A stretch of DNA of 64,000 nucleotides, taken from the NCBI RefSeq assembly GCF_963921235.1, contig NC_086097.1, positions 1,116,001 through 1,180,000 of the forward strand, written 5' to 3'. This stretch comes from Mobula hypostoma (Eukaryota). The position numbers were made by a program, and so were the translations under genes. This document shows, one piece after another, positions 1-11,707 of this stretch. Every line of letters starts with the position of its first letter. Position 1 is the first letter of the stretch. A model generated the notes under the pieces. It did no database searches. It saw only the letters and a list, made by a program, of their open reading frames with translations, and had not been told where the DNA came from.

Positions 1-663
1 TTCCTGAAAGTTGCCTCACAGGTAGATAGGGTAGTTAAGAAAGCTTATGAGGTGTTAGCTTTCATAAGTTGAGGGATAGAATTTAAGAGTCGCGAGGTAA
101 TGATGCAGCTCTATAAAACTCTGGTTAGGCCACACTTGGAGTACTGTGTCCAGTTCTGGTCGCCTCACTATGGGAAGGATGTGGAAGCATTGGAAAAGGT
201 ACAGAGGAGATTTACCAGGATGCTGCCTGGTTTAGAGAATATGGATTATGATCAGAGATTAAGGGAGCTGGGGCTTTACTCTTTAGAGAGAAGGAGGATG
301 AGAGGAGACATGATAGAGGTATACAAGATATTAAGAGGAATAGATAGAGTGGATAGCCAGCGCCTCTTCCCCAGGGCACCACTGCCCAATACTAGAGGAC
401 ATGGCTTTAAGGTAAGGGGTGGGAAGTTCAAGGGGGATATTAGAGGAAGGTTTTTCACTCAGAGAGTGGTTGGTGCGTGGAATGCACTGCCTGAGTCAGT
501 GGTGGAGGCAGATACACTAGTGAAGTTTAAGAGACTACTAGACAGGTATATAGAGGAATCTAAAGTGGGGGCTTATATGGGAGGCAGGGTTTGAGGGTCG
601 GCACAACATTGTGGGCCGAAGGGCCTGTACTGTGCTGTACTATTCTATGTTCTATGTTCTATG
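1..663 (+). mobile_element. CR1 LINE 3' end (young family A)
   Basis: ORF 100-594 has the CR1 ORF2 C-terminus (LVRPHLEYCVQFWSP...TRGH). Short 3' UTR and (TTCTATG)n tail. Confidence 0.93.
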
Positions 664-664
664 T

Positions 665-2390
665 AAACATTTGATGGTCTGTACTCACTGGAATTCTGAA
701 GGATGAGGAGGGATCTCACTGAAACATTTCAAATGTTGAAAGGCCTTGACAGAGTAGATGTGGAAAGGATATTTCCCATGGTGGGGGAATCAAGGACAAG
801 AGGGCACAGTTTCAGATAGAGGGGTGCCTCTTAAAAACAGAGATGCGGAGAAATTTCTTCAGGCAAAGTGTAGTGAATTTGTGGAGTTTGTTGCCACGTG
901 CAGCTGTGGAGACTAGGTTGTCGGGTGTATTTAAGGCAGAGATTGAGAGGTTCTTGATTGGACATGGCATCAAAGGTTATGGCAAGAAAGCCAGGAACTG
1001 GGTTTGAAGGAGAAAAAAAGGATTAGCCATGATTGAATGGCGCAGCAGACTCGATGGGCCAGATGGTCTAATTCTGCTCCTATGTGCTACGGTCTATGGA
1101 ATTCAGAAGAATGAGGGGTGACCTCATTGAAACCTATGGAATGGTGGAAGCCCTTCATAGTGTGGATAGAGAGGATGTTTTCTATGGTGGGAAATTCTAA
1201 GACCAGAGGACACAACTTTGGAATAGAGGGGTGTCCTTTTAGAATGCAGATGAGGAGGAATTTCTTTAGCCAGGCAGTGGTGTATCTGTGGAATTCTGTG
1301 CCAGGAAGCTGTCCAGGGCAAGTCTTTAGAAATGGTGACATAGGGTCAGAGAATGTTGAATCTTTGTGGGTGGAGTTAAGAAACTGCAAGAGTGAAAAAA
1401 ACATTATGGGAATCATATATAGGCCTGGACGTAGTAGCCAAGATGTGGGTTTGAGATTGCAAAGGGAGCTGGAAAAGGCATGTAATAAGGGTAGTGTCAC
1501 AATTGTAATGGGGGACTTCAGTAGTCAAGGGGATTGGGAAAATCAGGTTGGTAATGGATCAGAAGAGAGAGAATCGGTTGAATGCCTACAAGCTGGCTTT
1601 TTAGAGCAGCTCGTGCTTGAGCCTACTCAGGGAAAGGCTCTCTTAGATTGGGTGTTGTGTAATAACCCAGATCTTAATAGGGAGCTTAATGTAAAGGAAC
1701 CCTTGGGAGGCAGTGATCATAATATGATTAAATTCATATTGCATTTTGAGAGGGGGAAGCATAAGTCACATGTTTCAGTATCGCAATGGAATTAAGGGGA
1801 ACTACAGAGGCATGAGAGAGGAGCCCAGGTGGATTGGAGGAGGATACTGGTGGGGATGATGGCAGAACAGAGATGGCTGGTCTCTGAAAACAGTTCACAA
1901 GGTGAAGGATAGATATGTCCCACAGAGGAATAAGTTTTCAAATGGTAAGGGTAGGCAACCATGGCTAACAAATGAAGTTAAGGACTGCATAAAAACCAAG
2001 GAAAGGGCATGTAAGGTAGCAAAAGTGAGTGGGAAGTTGGATGATTGGGAAGCTTTTAAAATCCAACAAAAGGCTACTAAAAAGCTATAAGAAGGGAAAA
2101 GATGAAATATGAGGGCAGACTAGCCAATAATATAAAGAAGGATACAAAAAGTTTTTTCAGTTCTATAAAGAGTAATAGGGAGGTGAGAGTTGATATTGGA
2201 CCACTGGAAATGATGCTGGTGAGGTAGTAATGATGGACAAAGAAATGGCAGATGAACTTAATGGATACTTTGCATCTGTCCTCACTGTGGAAGACACTCA
2301 CAGTGTGCCAGAGGTCCATGAGTGTCAGAGAGCAGGAGTGAGTGCCATTGTTATTACAAAGGAAAAAGTGCTAGGCAACTCAAAGGTCTT
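665..2390 (+). mobile_element. Stacked CR1 fragments (two 3' ends plus an APE/mid-ORF2 piece)
   Basis: TRGH and RRNFFSQ motifs. ORF 1118-1795 fuses a 3' fragment to endonuclease motifs (VESLWVEL, IYRP, MGDFS, SDHN). Confidence 0.85.
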
Positions 2391-3190
2391 ACACAAGTGA
2401 AAATCTGCAGATGCTGAAAATCCAAGCAACACAAACAAAAGGCTGGATGATCTCAGCAGGCCAGCCAGCATCTATGGAAAAAAGTACGGTTGGCGTTTTG
2501 GGCTGAGACCCTTCGGCAAGATTGGAGAAGAAAAGCTGAGGAGTAGATTTAAAAGGTGGGGGGAGGGGAGAGAGAAACACAAGGTGATAGGTCAAACTGG
2601 GAGGAGGAATGAAGAAAGAGCTGGGAAGTTGATTGGTGAAAGAGACACAATGCTGGAGAAGGTAGAGTCTGAAAGAAGAGAACAAAAGGTCATGGAAGAA
2701 AAAAAGGGGGAGGAGCACCAGAGGGAGGCGATAAGCAGGCAAATAGATAAGGTGAGAGAGGGAAAAAGCAATGGGGAATGGTAAAGGAGAGGTGGGGGTG
2801 GGGGTGATTACCGTAAATTCAAGAATCAATGTTCATGCCATCAGATTAGATGCTGCCCAGCTAGAATATAAGGTGTTGTTCCTCCAAACTGAGTGTGACC
2901 TCATCGCGACAGTAGAGGAGGCCACGGATTGACATATTGGAATGGGAATGGGAAGTGGAATTAAAATGGGTGGCCACTGGGAGATCCTGTTTCTTCTGGC
3001 GGACAGATCGTAATTGCTCGGTGAAATAGACTCCCAATCTATGTTGGGGTCTCACCGATATACAGGAAGTCACACCGGGGGCACCGAACACAGTATATAA
3101 CTGCAACAGACTCATAGGTGAAGTGTCAACTCACCTGGAAGGACTGTATGGGGCCTTGAATGAGGGAGGAGGTTTAGGGGCAGGTGTAGC
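2391..3190 (-). mobile_element. Penelope-like element fragment (GIY-YIG end plus pseudo-LTR)
   Basis: ORF 2861-3115 contains DLPVATHFNSTSHS...LEEQHLIF. Degenerate hammerhead near 2485-2522. Confidence 0.88.
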
Positions 3191-3776
3191 ACTCTCTTTC
3201 CTGGCACTTACCCTTGAAAGCGGAACAAGTGCCATACAATTGACAGATCCTTTCTGATACCCTCAAAATTGACATCTCCTTAATTTAGAATCTCAGCCCC
3301 AAGGAACAGACATATCTCCTTCTCCATAATCACCTTGAAACTAATTGGACAGATACATGGATGGGAGGTGTATGGAGGTATATGGTCCGTGTGCAGGTCA
3401 GCGGGACTAGGCAGAAAATGGTTCGGCACAGCCAAGAAGGGCCAAAAGGCCTGTTTCTGTGCTGTAGTTTCTATGGTTCTAATGTCATTATGATCACTGA
3501 ATGCAAAGTGTTCCCCTACACAAACATCTGTCACCTGGCCTGTTCCATTCCCTGACAGGAAACCCAGTATTTCACTCTCAGTTGGATGAAGGAAACTTTC
3601 CTGAACACATTTGCTGAACTCAATCCCATCCAGCCCTTTTACAGTATAGGAGTCCCAGTTATTATGCGGAAAGTTAGGATCACCTATTATCACAAGCTTA
3701 TGATTCTTGCAACAGTTTGCAACCTATCTACAGATTTGCTGTTTTAAATCCTGCTGTCCACTGGGTGGTCTATATA

Positions 3777-3998
3777 CAGTGGTCCCCAACCTCCAGGCCG
3801 TGGATCGATACATTGCCGCGAAGAATGCAGTGGTGCAGCGGTGGCCAGAATGCACCCAGCACACCTTTAAGAAAAAAGCCGAAATAAACAAGCTAATTAA
3901 TTAGGTGCCGCTCGGCACGTAAATTTCGGCCCAGATCAAAGGGTGCGCATTCTTCACGGCAATGTATTGGTCCGCGGCCCGGAGATTGGGGACCACTG
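3777..3998. mobile_element. hAT-type MITE (222 bp) inserted in a CR1
   Basis: TIRs CAGTGGTCCCCAACCTCC / GGAGATTGGGGACCACTG, extended internal inverted symmetry, and a degenerate ~8-bp TSD (GTCTATATA / GTTTATAA). Confidence 0.85.
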
Positions 3999-4771
3999 GT
4001 TTATAATATAATCTCACTCATGTAATTATCCCTTTCTTTCTCTTCAATTCCATCCATATAGCCTCGCTCGGCGAGTTCTCCAGTCTGTCCTTTCAGAGTA
4101 CCACTGTGACTTACTTTCCTGAGTGGTAATGCCACCCCTCGTCCTTTAATCCCTCCTGCTTTATCATGTCTAAAACAAGGGAACCCCTTGTTAAGCAGCC
4201 TCATGTGTGGCACCTTGTCAAAGGTCTTGTGAAAATCCAAGTACACAACATCCATCGATTCTCCTTTGTCTATCCTGCTTGTTACCTCTGCAAAGAATTC
4301 CAACAGATTTGTCAGGCACGATTTTCCAATGAGGAAACCATGCTGACTAAGGCCTATTTTATCATGTGCCTCCAAGTACCTGGAGACCACATCCTTAATA
4401 ATCAACTCTAATATCTTCACAACCACTGAGGTCACACTAACCTATAGTTTCCTTTCTTCTGTCTCTCTCCCTTCTTAGAGTGAGATTTACAATTTTAAAG
4501 TCTTCCAAAATCATTCCAGAATCTAGTGATTCTTGAAAGGTCATTTATGATGCCTCCACTATCTTTTCAGCCATCTCTTTCAGAACTCTGGGATCTATCT
4601 GGTCCAGGTGACTTATCTACCTTCAGACCTTTCAGTTTCCCAAGAATCTTCTGCCTAGTTATGGTAACTTCACACACTTCATCCCTCTGACACCTAGAAC
4701 TTCCACCATACTGCTAGTGTCTTCCATAGTGAAGAATAATGAAAAATACTTATTCGGTTCATCCACCATTT

Positions 4772-5449
4772 CATTGTATATACTGCGTCCGGTGCTCCCG
4801 ATGTGGCCTTTTATATATTGGCGAGATCCGACACAGACTGGGAGACCGCTTTGCTGAACATCTACGCTCTGTCCGCCAGAGAAAGCAGGATCTCCCAGTG
4901 GCCACACATTTTAATTCCACATCCCATTCCCATTCTGACATGTCTATCCACGGCCTCCTCTACTGTAAAGATGAAGCCACACTCAGGTTGGAGGAACAAC
5001 ACCTTATATTCTGTCTGGGTAGCCTCCAACCTGATGGCATGAACATTGACTTCTCTAACTTCCGCTAATGCCCCACCTCCCCCTCGTACCCCATCTGTTA
5101 CTTATTTTTATACACACATTCTTTCTCTCACTCTCCTTTTTGTCCCTCTGAATATACCCCTTGCCCATCCTCTGGGTCCCCCCCCTCCTTGTCTTTCTTC
5201 CCGGACCTCCTGTCCCATGATCCTCTCGTATCTCTTTTGCCTATCACCTGTCCAGCTCTTGGCTCCATCCCTCCCCCTCCTGTCTTCTCCTATCATTTTG
5301 GATCTCCCCCTCCCCCTCCAACTTTCAAATCCCTTACTCACTCTTCCTTCAGTTAGTCCTGATGAAGGGTCTCGGCCTGAAACGTCGACTGCACCTCTTC
5401 CTAGAGATGCTGCCTGGCCTGCTGTGTTCACCAGCAACTTTTATGTGTA
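4772..5449 (+). mobile_element. Penelope-like element 3' part: GIY-YIG endonuclease, pseudo-LTR and hammerhead
   Basis: ORF 4739-5068 reads IYCVRCSRCGLLYIGE...HFN...GMNIDFSNFR, followed by a pyrimidine-rich pLTR. Confidence 0.92.
5355..5390 (+). ncRNA. Minimal hammerhead ribozyme motif (core intact)
   Basis: AGTC-CTGATGA-A-GGGT CTCG GCCT-GAAAC-GTC^GACT. Stem I AGTC/GACT; predicted cleavage after 5386. Confidence 0.8.
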
Positions 5450-6529
5450 CTACTTCTCCAACGTTGTTTTCCAGTGGTCCAATATCCACTCTCACCTCTA
5501 TTTTACACATTATGTATCTGAACAAAACTGTTGCTATCCTCTTTAATGTTATTGGCTAGCTTACTTTCCTATTCCACCTTTGCCTTCTTAGTGACTTTTT
5601 TAGTTGCCTTCTGTTGGTTTTTAAAAGCTTCCCAATCCTCTAACTTCCCACAAATTTTTGCTCAATTATATGCCCTCCGTTTGGCTTTTATGTTGGCTTT
5701 GACTTCTCTAATTAGCCATGGCTGTGTCATCTTTCCTTTAGAATACTTCTCTAGATATTCCCCCTCCTTTAATCCCACACCAATCTGATTTTCCCAATCT
5801 GCCTGCATATTGAAGTCCCCATGATGATGGTAACATTGCCTTTTCTGTCTCCCATTGTAATTTGCAGACCATATCCCTACTACTGTTTTGAGATCTGTAC
5901 ACAACTCCCACCAGGATCTTCTTACCCTTGCAGTTCCTTAGTTCTATCCACAAAGATTCAACAACTTCTGACCCTATTTCACCTCTATCTAATGATTTGA
6001 TTTCAATTTTCACCAACAGTACAATGCCATCCCCTCTACCTTCCTGCTTATCCTTTCGATACAATGTGTATCCTTAGACATTAAGCTCCCAGGTATCAGC
6101 CATAGTTCAGTGGTGCCTACAACATCTTACCTGCCAATCTGCATCTGTGCCACAAGTTCATCTACCTTATTCCATATACTGCACCCATTCAGATACAACA
6201 CCTTCAGTCCTGTATTCATCTGTTTTGATTTTGTTGCACCATGCTTAACCTTTTGATTCCTAACTCTGTTTGAGGTCTTACCAACATTTGCCTCCACAAC
6301 CTCTCCACTAACTGTTCTCATCCTGCTGCAACTCTAGTGTAAACCCCAATTTGCAGATTAATAAACCTTCCCGCTAGGATATTAGTCTCCGTCCAGTTGA
6401 GGTGCACACTGTCCCTTCTGTATTGGTCCAACTTTCTATGGAAGAGAGGCCAGTGATCCAAAAATCTTATGCCCTCCCTCCTACACCAACTCCTCAACCA
6501 TGTATTAAACTGTATCATCTTCCTGGCAT

Positions 6530-7032
6530 TACTGGAAGTTTGGGAAATCAATGTTCATGATATCAGGTTGGAGGCTACCCAAACGGAACATGAGGTGTTA
6601 TTCCTCCAATCTCAGTGCTAGCTTCCAACCTGATGGCATGAACATCAATACCTCAAATTTCCAGTAATGTCTCCCCAACAGCCCATCTCTTCTCCATTTC
6701 CCATGCGCTTTTCCCTCTCTCACCTTATCTCCTTGCTCGCCCATCGTCTCCCTCTGTGCTCCTTCCCCATTTTTCTTTCTTCCATGGCCTTCTGACTCTT
6801 TCACCAACCAACTTCCCAGCTCTTTACTTCATCCCTCCCCCTCCAGGTTTCACCTATCACCTGGTGGTCTCTCTCCCCTCCCTTCACCTTTTAGATCTAC
6901 TCCTCAGCTTTTTCTTCTCCAGTTCTGCTGCAAGGTTTCGGCCCGAAACGTCAACTGCTTGACCTGTTGAGTTCCTCCAGCATTTTGTTTGTCGCTTGGA
7001 TTTCCAGTATCTGCAGATATTCTCTTGTTTGT
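6530..7032. mobile_element. Old Penelope-like fragment with an inverted 5' piece
   Basis: A minus-strand piece (~6530-6615) is followed by the plus-strand PLE end. Degenerate hammerhead ...GGCCCGAAACGTCAACT near 6920-6957. Confidence 0.75.
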
Positions 7033-7819
7033 CCATTGTGATTGGTTAATTTAGAAACTGCAGCTGCTTTTCCCATTGGGAAGGTATGCTCTGCATGCAC
7101 TTTTAATTAAGTATGTTTGTTGAGTGTACATATGTTCGTTGAGTACTGTACACAGCTTTGTAGTGTCTGTAACTTGGAGAACATGAATCTTTGATCAAAT
7201 TTTTAGTTGTAAATAAATTATTAATATACCTGTTCGAATTTAGTGCATTTCCCATCTCACCTGCCAAACCCATGAACCCCATTCAACATTACAGTAGGTT
7301 AATTGGTCATCATAAATTGTCCTGTGATTAGGCTAGGGTTAAATAGGTGAGTTGATGGGTGGCATGGCTCTGTGGGTCAGAAGGGCCTGTTCTGCAATGT
7401 ATCTCTAAATAAATAATAAATAAAACAATGGGTGGCAATAATTGGTCTAATTTTGGATTCTGATCATGCCTTGGGATCGGTGCTAGGGCCTGAGCTATTC
7501 ATAACCTCTATCAATGACTTAAATGAGGGAATGAGAGGGTAAATATGTTGTCACAAGAGATTCTGTTGATGCTGAAATACCCTTTTGTGTCTGTTAATAT
7601 GTCACGTCTACTGCTTACGTAAAGCTGGGTGGGCAATGTGCACTGAGGAGGAGGCAGAACAAGGAATATAGATAGGATATGTACAGGCAACGACCCAGCA
7701 GATGGAATTTAATATGGGATACTATGAGGTCATCAACCCTGGAAGTAAAAAAGGATATTTTTTGTTCGATGGTGAGAAGTTGAAAGGTGCTGGTCTGCAG
7801 AGGGAGAGTCGTAAAATTA

Positions 7820-8222
7820 ATCAGCTCCGTCTCCATCTCTGTAGTATCCAAGATATCTTCAAGGAGTGGTACCTCAGGAAGGCAGAGTCGATCATTAAGG
7901 ACCCCCATCCCTAGCACATGCCCTCTTCTCACTGTAACCATCAGGTAGGAGGTACAGAAGCCTGAAGGCACACACTCAGCGATTCAGGGACAGCTTCTTC
8001 CCCTCTGCCATCCGATTCATAAATGGACATTGAACCCATGAAAACTACCTCACTTTTTAAAATTTATTTCTGTTTCTGCACTACTATTCTTAATTTAACC
8101 ACTCAATATATAGTACATGTACATACTCACTGTAATTCCTTTATTTTTCTGTTTGTCATTTATTGCTGCTGCTAAATTAACAAATCTCACAACAGATCCA
8201 ATTATATTAACATTGATTCTGA
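7820..8222 (+). mobile_element. Rex1/Babar-type LINE 3' end inside an old CR1
   Basis: SIIKDPHP motif and downstream SFFPSAIR-like coding remnant, then an AT-rich 3' UTR ending in TGATTCTGA. Confidence 0.7.
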
Positions 8223-8855
8223 AAGCTAAAATACGGATACAGCGAACCATTAGGAAAGCAAGCTGTATGTAGTCTTTATGGAAAGAGCAGAATGATCATC
8301 GTGTTGTACAGAGCCACTGTGAGATTGCATCTGGCCATTGTATATAGGTATGGTCTCCTTATTTATAAAAAGAGACACTTGGCAAAGGTTCACCAGATTG
8401 ATTTTGGCATGGTGGGCTTGTTGTATAAACTGTTCTCTCATTTCTCAGTGAAACGCGTGACCTGGGAGGTATGAAGTTGACATTTCTTGTGGCTAAAATG
8501 CCTGGAATCAGAGTCACATCTCAGAAGGGGCAGCCATTCCAGACAGAGAAAATACATTTCACCCAGAGGACAATGGATTTTTACATTTCTCCCCAGGCTG
8601 TGGAGGCCCAGACAACAGGAAGAAAATTATGGATTTTGTTGTATTGAGGATATGGGGTCAATGTAGGAGTGGTGCTGAGGAAAATAGCTAGCCATGGTGT
8701 AAGATGTCAGATACATTTCTACATGTGATGACTCGACATGTAAGAGTTTTAAATAGATCAATTTTCATTATTTTCTGTTTTAATTTCAGATTTTGCCTCC
8801 TGTCACTTCGAATTTGGACTGCCCTTGCAGATGGGGCGACTGGGAAGATCGGCTG

Positions 8856-8981
8856 TTCTGTCTGTCTGTATCTTGTTTTACGGCCGTTGGCATCCAGCTT
8901 AATGGTGCATTACCGCCACCCTCTGCTCCAGAATGTGCACTAGACATACATTCTAAATCCCTTCACCCAATCTCTCTCTCT

Positions 8982-9019
<38 letters not shown>

Positions 9020-9152
9020 CACAAACCTACACTTTACCCTCCCATCTTTGACCATCCTAGTATCCTATTCCTGTTTATTCGTCATATTCTATATAAAACC
9101 CCTGTACCCCTTAAAAACGCTAAAAAAATACCCGGCCTTGTGCTTTCTCACC
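8856..9152 (-). mobile_element. Truncated non-LTR retroelement (family not identified) just upstream of the promoter
   Basis: 11-bp TSD AAGATCGGCTG at 8845-8855 and 9153-9163. (TCTG)n at the left end would be a (CAGA)n tail on the minus strand. Internal (CT)(CA)(TA) microsatellite. Confidence 0.75.
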
Positions 9153-9199
9153 AAGATCGGCTGCTCGTCACGAGAAGACGCTTTTATCAGTGGGTAAGA

Positions 9200-9400
9200 G
9201 GAACGTCAATCAAGGAGAACACACCCATGACATACTATTAACCAATCAGAGCCAGCGCGTTGCGCGGCCGTGCCGGTTTCCTGTGTCGGTGAAGGTGGGG
9301 TGATCGACAGGTGAATTGGGAGAGAGTGAGTGCAGGAGCTGGGATGCACCGGTGGGGCGGGAGGCAGCTCGCTTGCTGTCCGATTCCTCACCGTGGATGG
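9200..9400 (+). promoter_or_regulatory. ERG28: Putative ERG28 promoter / non-coding first exon
   Basis: Local CpG cluster. CCAAT box in AACCAATCAG (CCAAT 9242-9246), SRE-1 GTGGGGTGAT (9295-9304), reverse CCAAT ATTGG (9315-9319), GC box GGGGCGGGAG (9354-9363). Candidate donors CAG|GTGAAT (9311) and GTGAGT (9326). Confidence 0.7.
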
Positions 9401-9559
9401 AGGGACAGGCGGTGTGTGGGGTGGAGGAAGAGACACGCTGTGGGGGGAGGGCGGTAGCGAGGGAGCGAGGGAGCGAGGGAGGGAGGGAGGGACACGCTAT
9501 AGGGTGTCGACGGTACCGGGAGCGGTACCGAGGGAGAAATGTCCTCGGTCTGTGTTGGG

Positions 9560-11090
9560 TGGTGGTGCCGACAGAGGGATGACCTGTGGGGTGAAGGGGT
9601 GGTGCCGAGAGAGGGGTGCCCTGTGGGGTGAGGCGGTGGTGGTGCCGAGAGAGGGATGACCTTTGGGGTGAGGGGGTGGTGCCGAGAGAGGGTGATCTGC
9701 GGGGTGGTGCCGAGAGAGGGATGACCTGTGGGGGGGGGGTGGTGCCGAGGGAGGGTGACCCGTGAGGGGGGGTGGTGGTGCTGAGAGAGGGTGACCTGTT
9801 GGGGGGGTGGTGCCGAGAGAGGGTGACCTGTGGGGTGGTGCCGAGAGAGGGTGACCTGTGGAGTGGTGTGAGGGGGTGGTGCTGAGAGAGGGATGCCCTG
9901 TGGGGTGGTGTGAGGGGGTTGTGCCGAGAGAGGGATACCCTGTGGGGTGGGGGGGGTGCAACGGTACTGAGGGAGACTCTGTGTTGTCAAGGTAGGAACA
10001 GCTGTAGCGGGGGGGTGCTACTGAGGGAGGGACACGCTGTGGGTGGGGACGGTCCCAAGGCAGGGGTACGCCATGTAGGGTGGGGGTGGCAATACCAAGG
10101 CAGGGACACACTGTGGGGATGTCACTACTGAGGGAGGTTCACGCTGTTTGGGGGGGGGGGCCGCGACCGAAGAAGGGATGCCTGTGTTGTGGGGGTGGTA
10201 TTGAAGGAGGGACGATCTGAGGTGTGGGGTGGATAGAGACACCCTGCAGGATTTGGGATGTGTGGGTTGGATGGGTGCACTTCAGAGGAGGGAAATCCCG
10301 GGAGGAGTTAGCGCTACCAAGGCAGGGACACACTGGGGGGGGGGGCGTTAGGGATATGCTGTGGGGAGGGCATGGTGCCAAGGGAGGATCACGCTTTCCG
10401 GGGGTTGTTCCACCGAGGGAGAGACACGCTGGGGGGGGGGTTTGGACATGCTTAGGGGGGGAATGCGCCAAGTTGTGCAGGCGGTTGTGCTACTGACAGA
10501 GGGGACATACTTGTTGGGGGGGTGTATGGAGGGAGGGACACCCTGTGTGGGGGTTCGCTACCATAGGAGCGACATGCTGTGGGGGGGGGGCTTACACTTC
10601 CAACGAAAGGACTCGCTGTGTGGGTGGTTGCACTACCGAAGGAGGGACACGCTAGTTGTGGGGGATGCTACCGGGGGGGGGTCATGCTTTAGGGGTGCAT
10701 GGGGGGATATATTACTGATAGTGGGATGCGCTGTGGGGGAGAGTGCAACTGAGGGAGGGACGCACTGTGTTGGGGGAGTGGGAGAGAGCAGTACTGAGTT
10801 AGGAACACACAGTAGGGAAGGGACGGCCTGTGGGAGGACTCGGGCGGTACTGAGGGAGAGACGTGGTACAAGGAGAGGGTCACGCCCTGTGGGGGGATGG
10901 TGCTAATGCAGGAACAAGCTGTGGGGGGTGTCGGATCCCTGATGGGGACCCACTGTGGAGGGGGTGGGGGTTCCGAGGGAGGAACGTGCTGTGGGGAGCA
11001 GATCCGAGACAGGGATCTGCTGTGGGAGATGCCGCCAAATGAATGCTGATGTGGGGTAGGTCTCGCTGTTCAGAATTGAAGGAGCACCCA
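9560..11090. repeat. G-rich minisatellite in ERG28 intron 1
   Basis: Repeated unit GGTGGTGCCGAGAGAGGG(A)TGACCTGTGGGG (~30-45 bp), homogeneous at 9560-9950 and decaying downstream. Confidence 0.9.
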
Positions 11091-11409
11091 ACTGGAGTTG
11101 ACTCAGGATGTACTCGGAATTATCAGTGAAATGTTTACTGAGGCGGTAGTACCTATGTTATAGGCTTCAGAAAGATGGGTAGCACTGGGAGAGGTATGAC
11201 ACGCAGGCAGACAGTGCAGCCACCTTTTGTGTCCATTCTCCTTGACTACTTTATTCCTGCTGCGGAGGCATGACCTGTCAGGGCAGCAGCAGCCAGGTCA
11301 ATAGTGCAGTGGCTGGCTCTGAGGTTCAGCAGGGAATAGTAACGTCAAGCCCCACTCTTCTTACATTCTCTCTGTCTCCCTACTTGTCTACAGTACTCTC
11401 CTCCTCTGT

Positions 11410-11703
11410 GACTATAAGATATCGGAGCAGAGTTCGGCCATACGGCCTATCGAGACTGCTCTGCCATTCCATCATGGCTGATTTATTAACCCCATTCTCT
11501 TGCATTCATGCCCCTATAAAGAATCTATTAACCTCCAATTTAAATACAGTATACCTAATGTTTTGGCCTCCTCAGCTGCCTGTGGCATTGAAACCCTCTG
11601 ACTGCTGAAATTCCTTCTCACCTCTGTTCTGATAGGGACATTCTATTTTGACGCAGTGCCCTCTGGTTCTAAACTCTCCCGCTATAGGAAACATCCTCTC
11701 AAC
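11410..11703 (-). mobile_element. CR1 3' fragment abutting the ERG28 start codon
   Basis: Minus-strand translation VERMFPIAGEFRTRGH; CR1 3' UTR/tail at the left end. Confidence 0.85.
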
Positions 11704-11707
11704 CAGG

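Larger units (their letters stand above)
3250..6530 (-). mobile_element. Degenerate CR1 fragments (ORF1 esterase to RT) hosting a MITE, a CR1 tail and a PLE
   Basis: Minus-strand ORFs carry esterase (FLDHW...HLN), APE (YLNGCSI, GDFN) and RT (QHGF, DVVYLDF) motifs. Confidence 0.8.

Noticed and set aside
2485..2522. Hammerhead-like motifs at ~2490 (-) and ~6920 (+) as functional ribozymes
   Set aside because: Core nucleotides (CUGANGA and/or GAAA) are mutated; counted only as decayed copies.
1..9200. A divergent neighbour gene (TTLL5 is head-to-head with ERG28 in human, from recall)
   Set aside because: No recognisable exon on the minus strand. The apparent minus-strand donor at ~9150 lies inside the TSD-flanked insertion.
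9206..11091. Long Pro/His/Gly-rich ORFs on both strands
   Set aside because: They arise from a GC-rich minisatellite that lacks stop codons; no protein-family signal.
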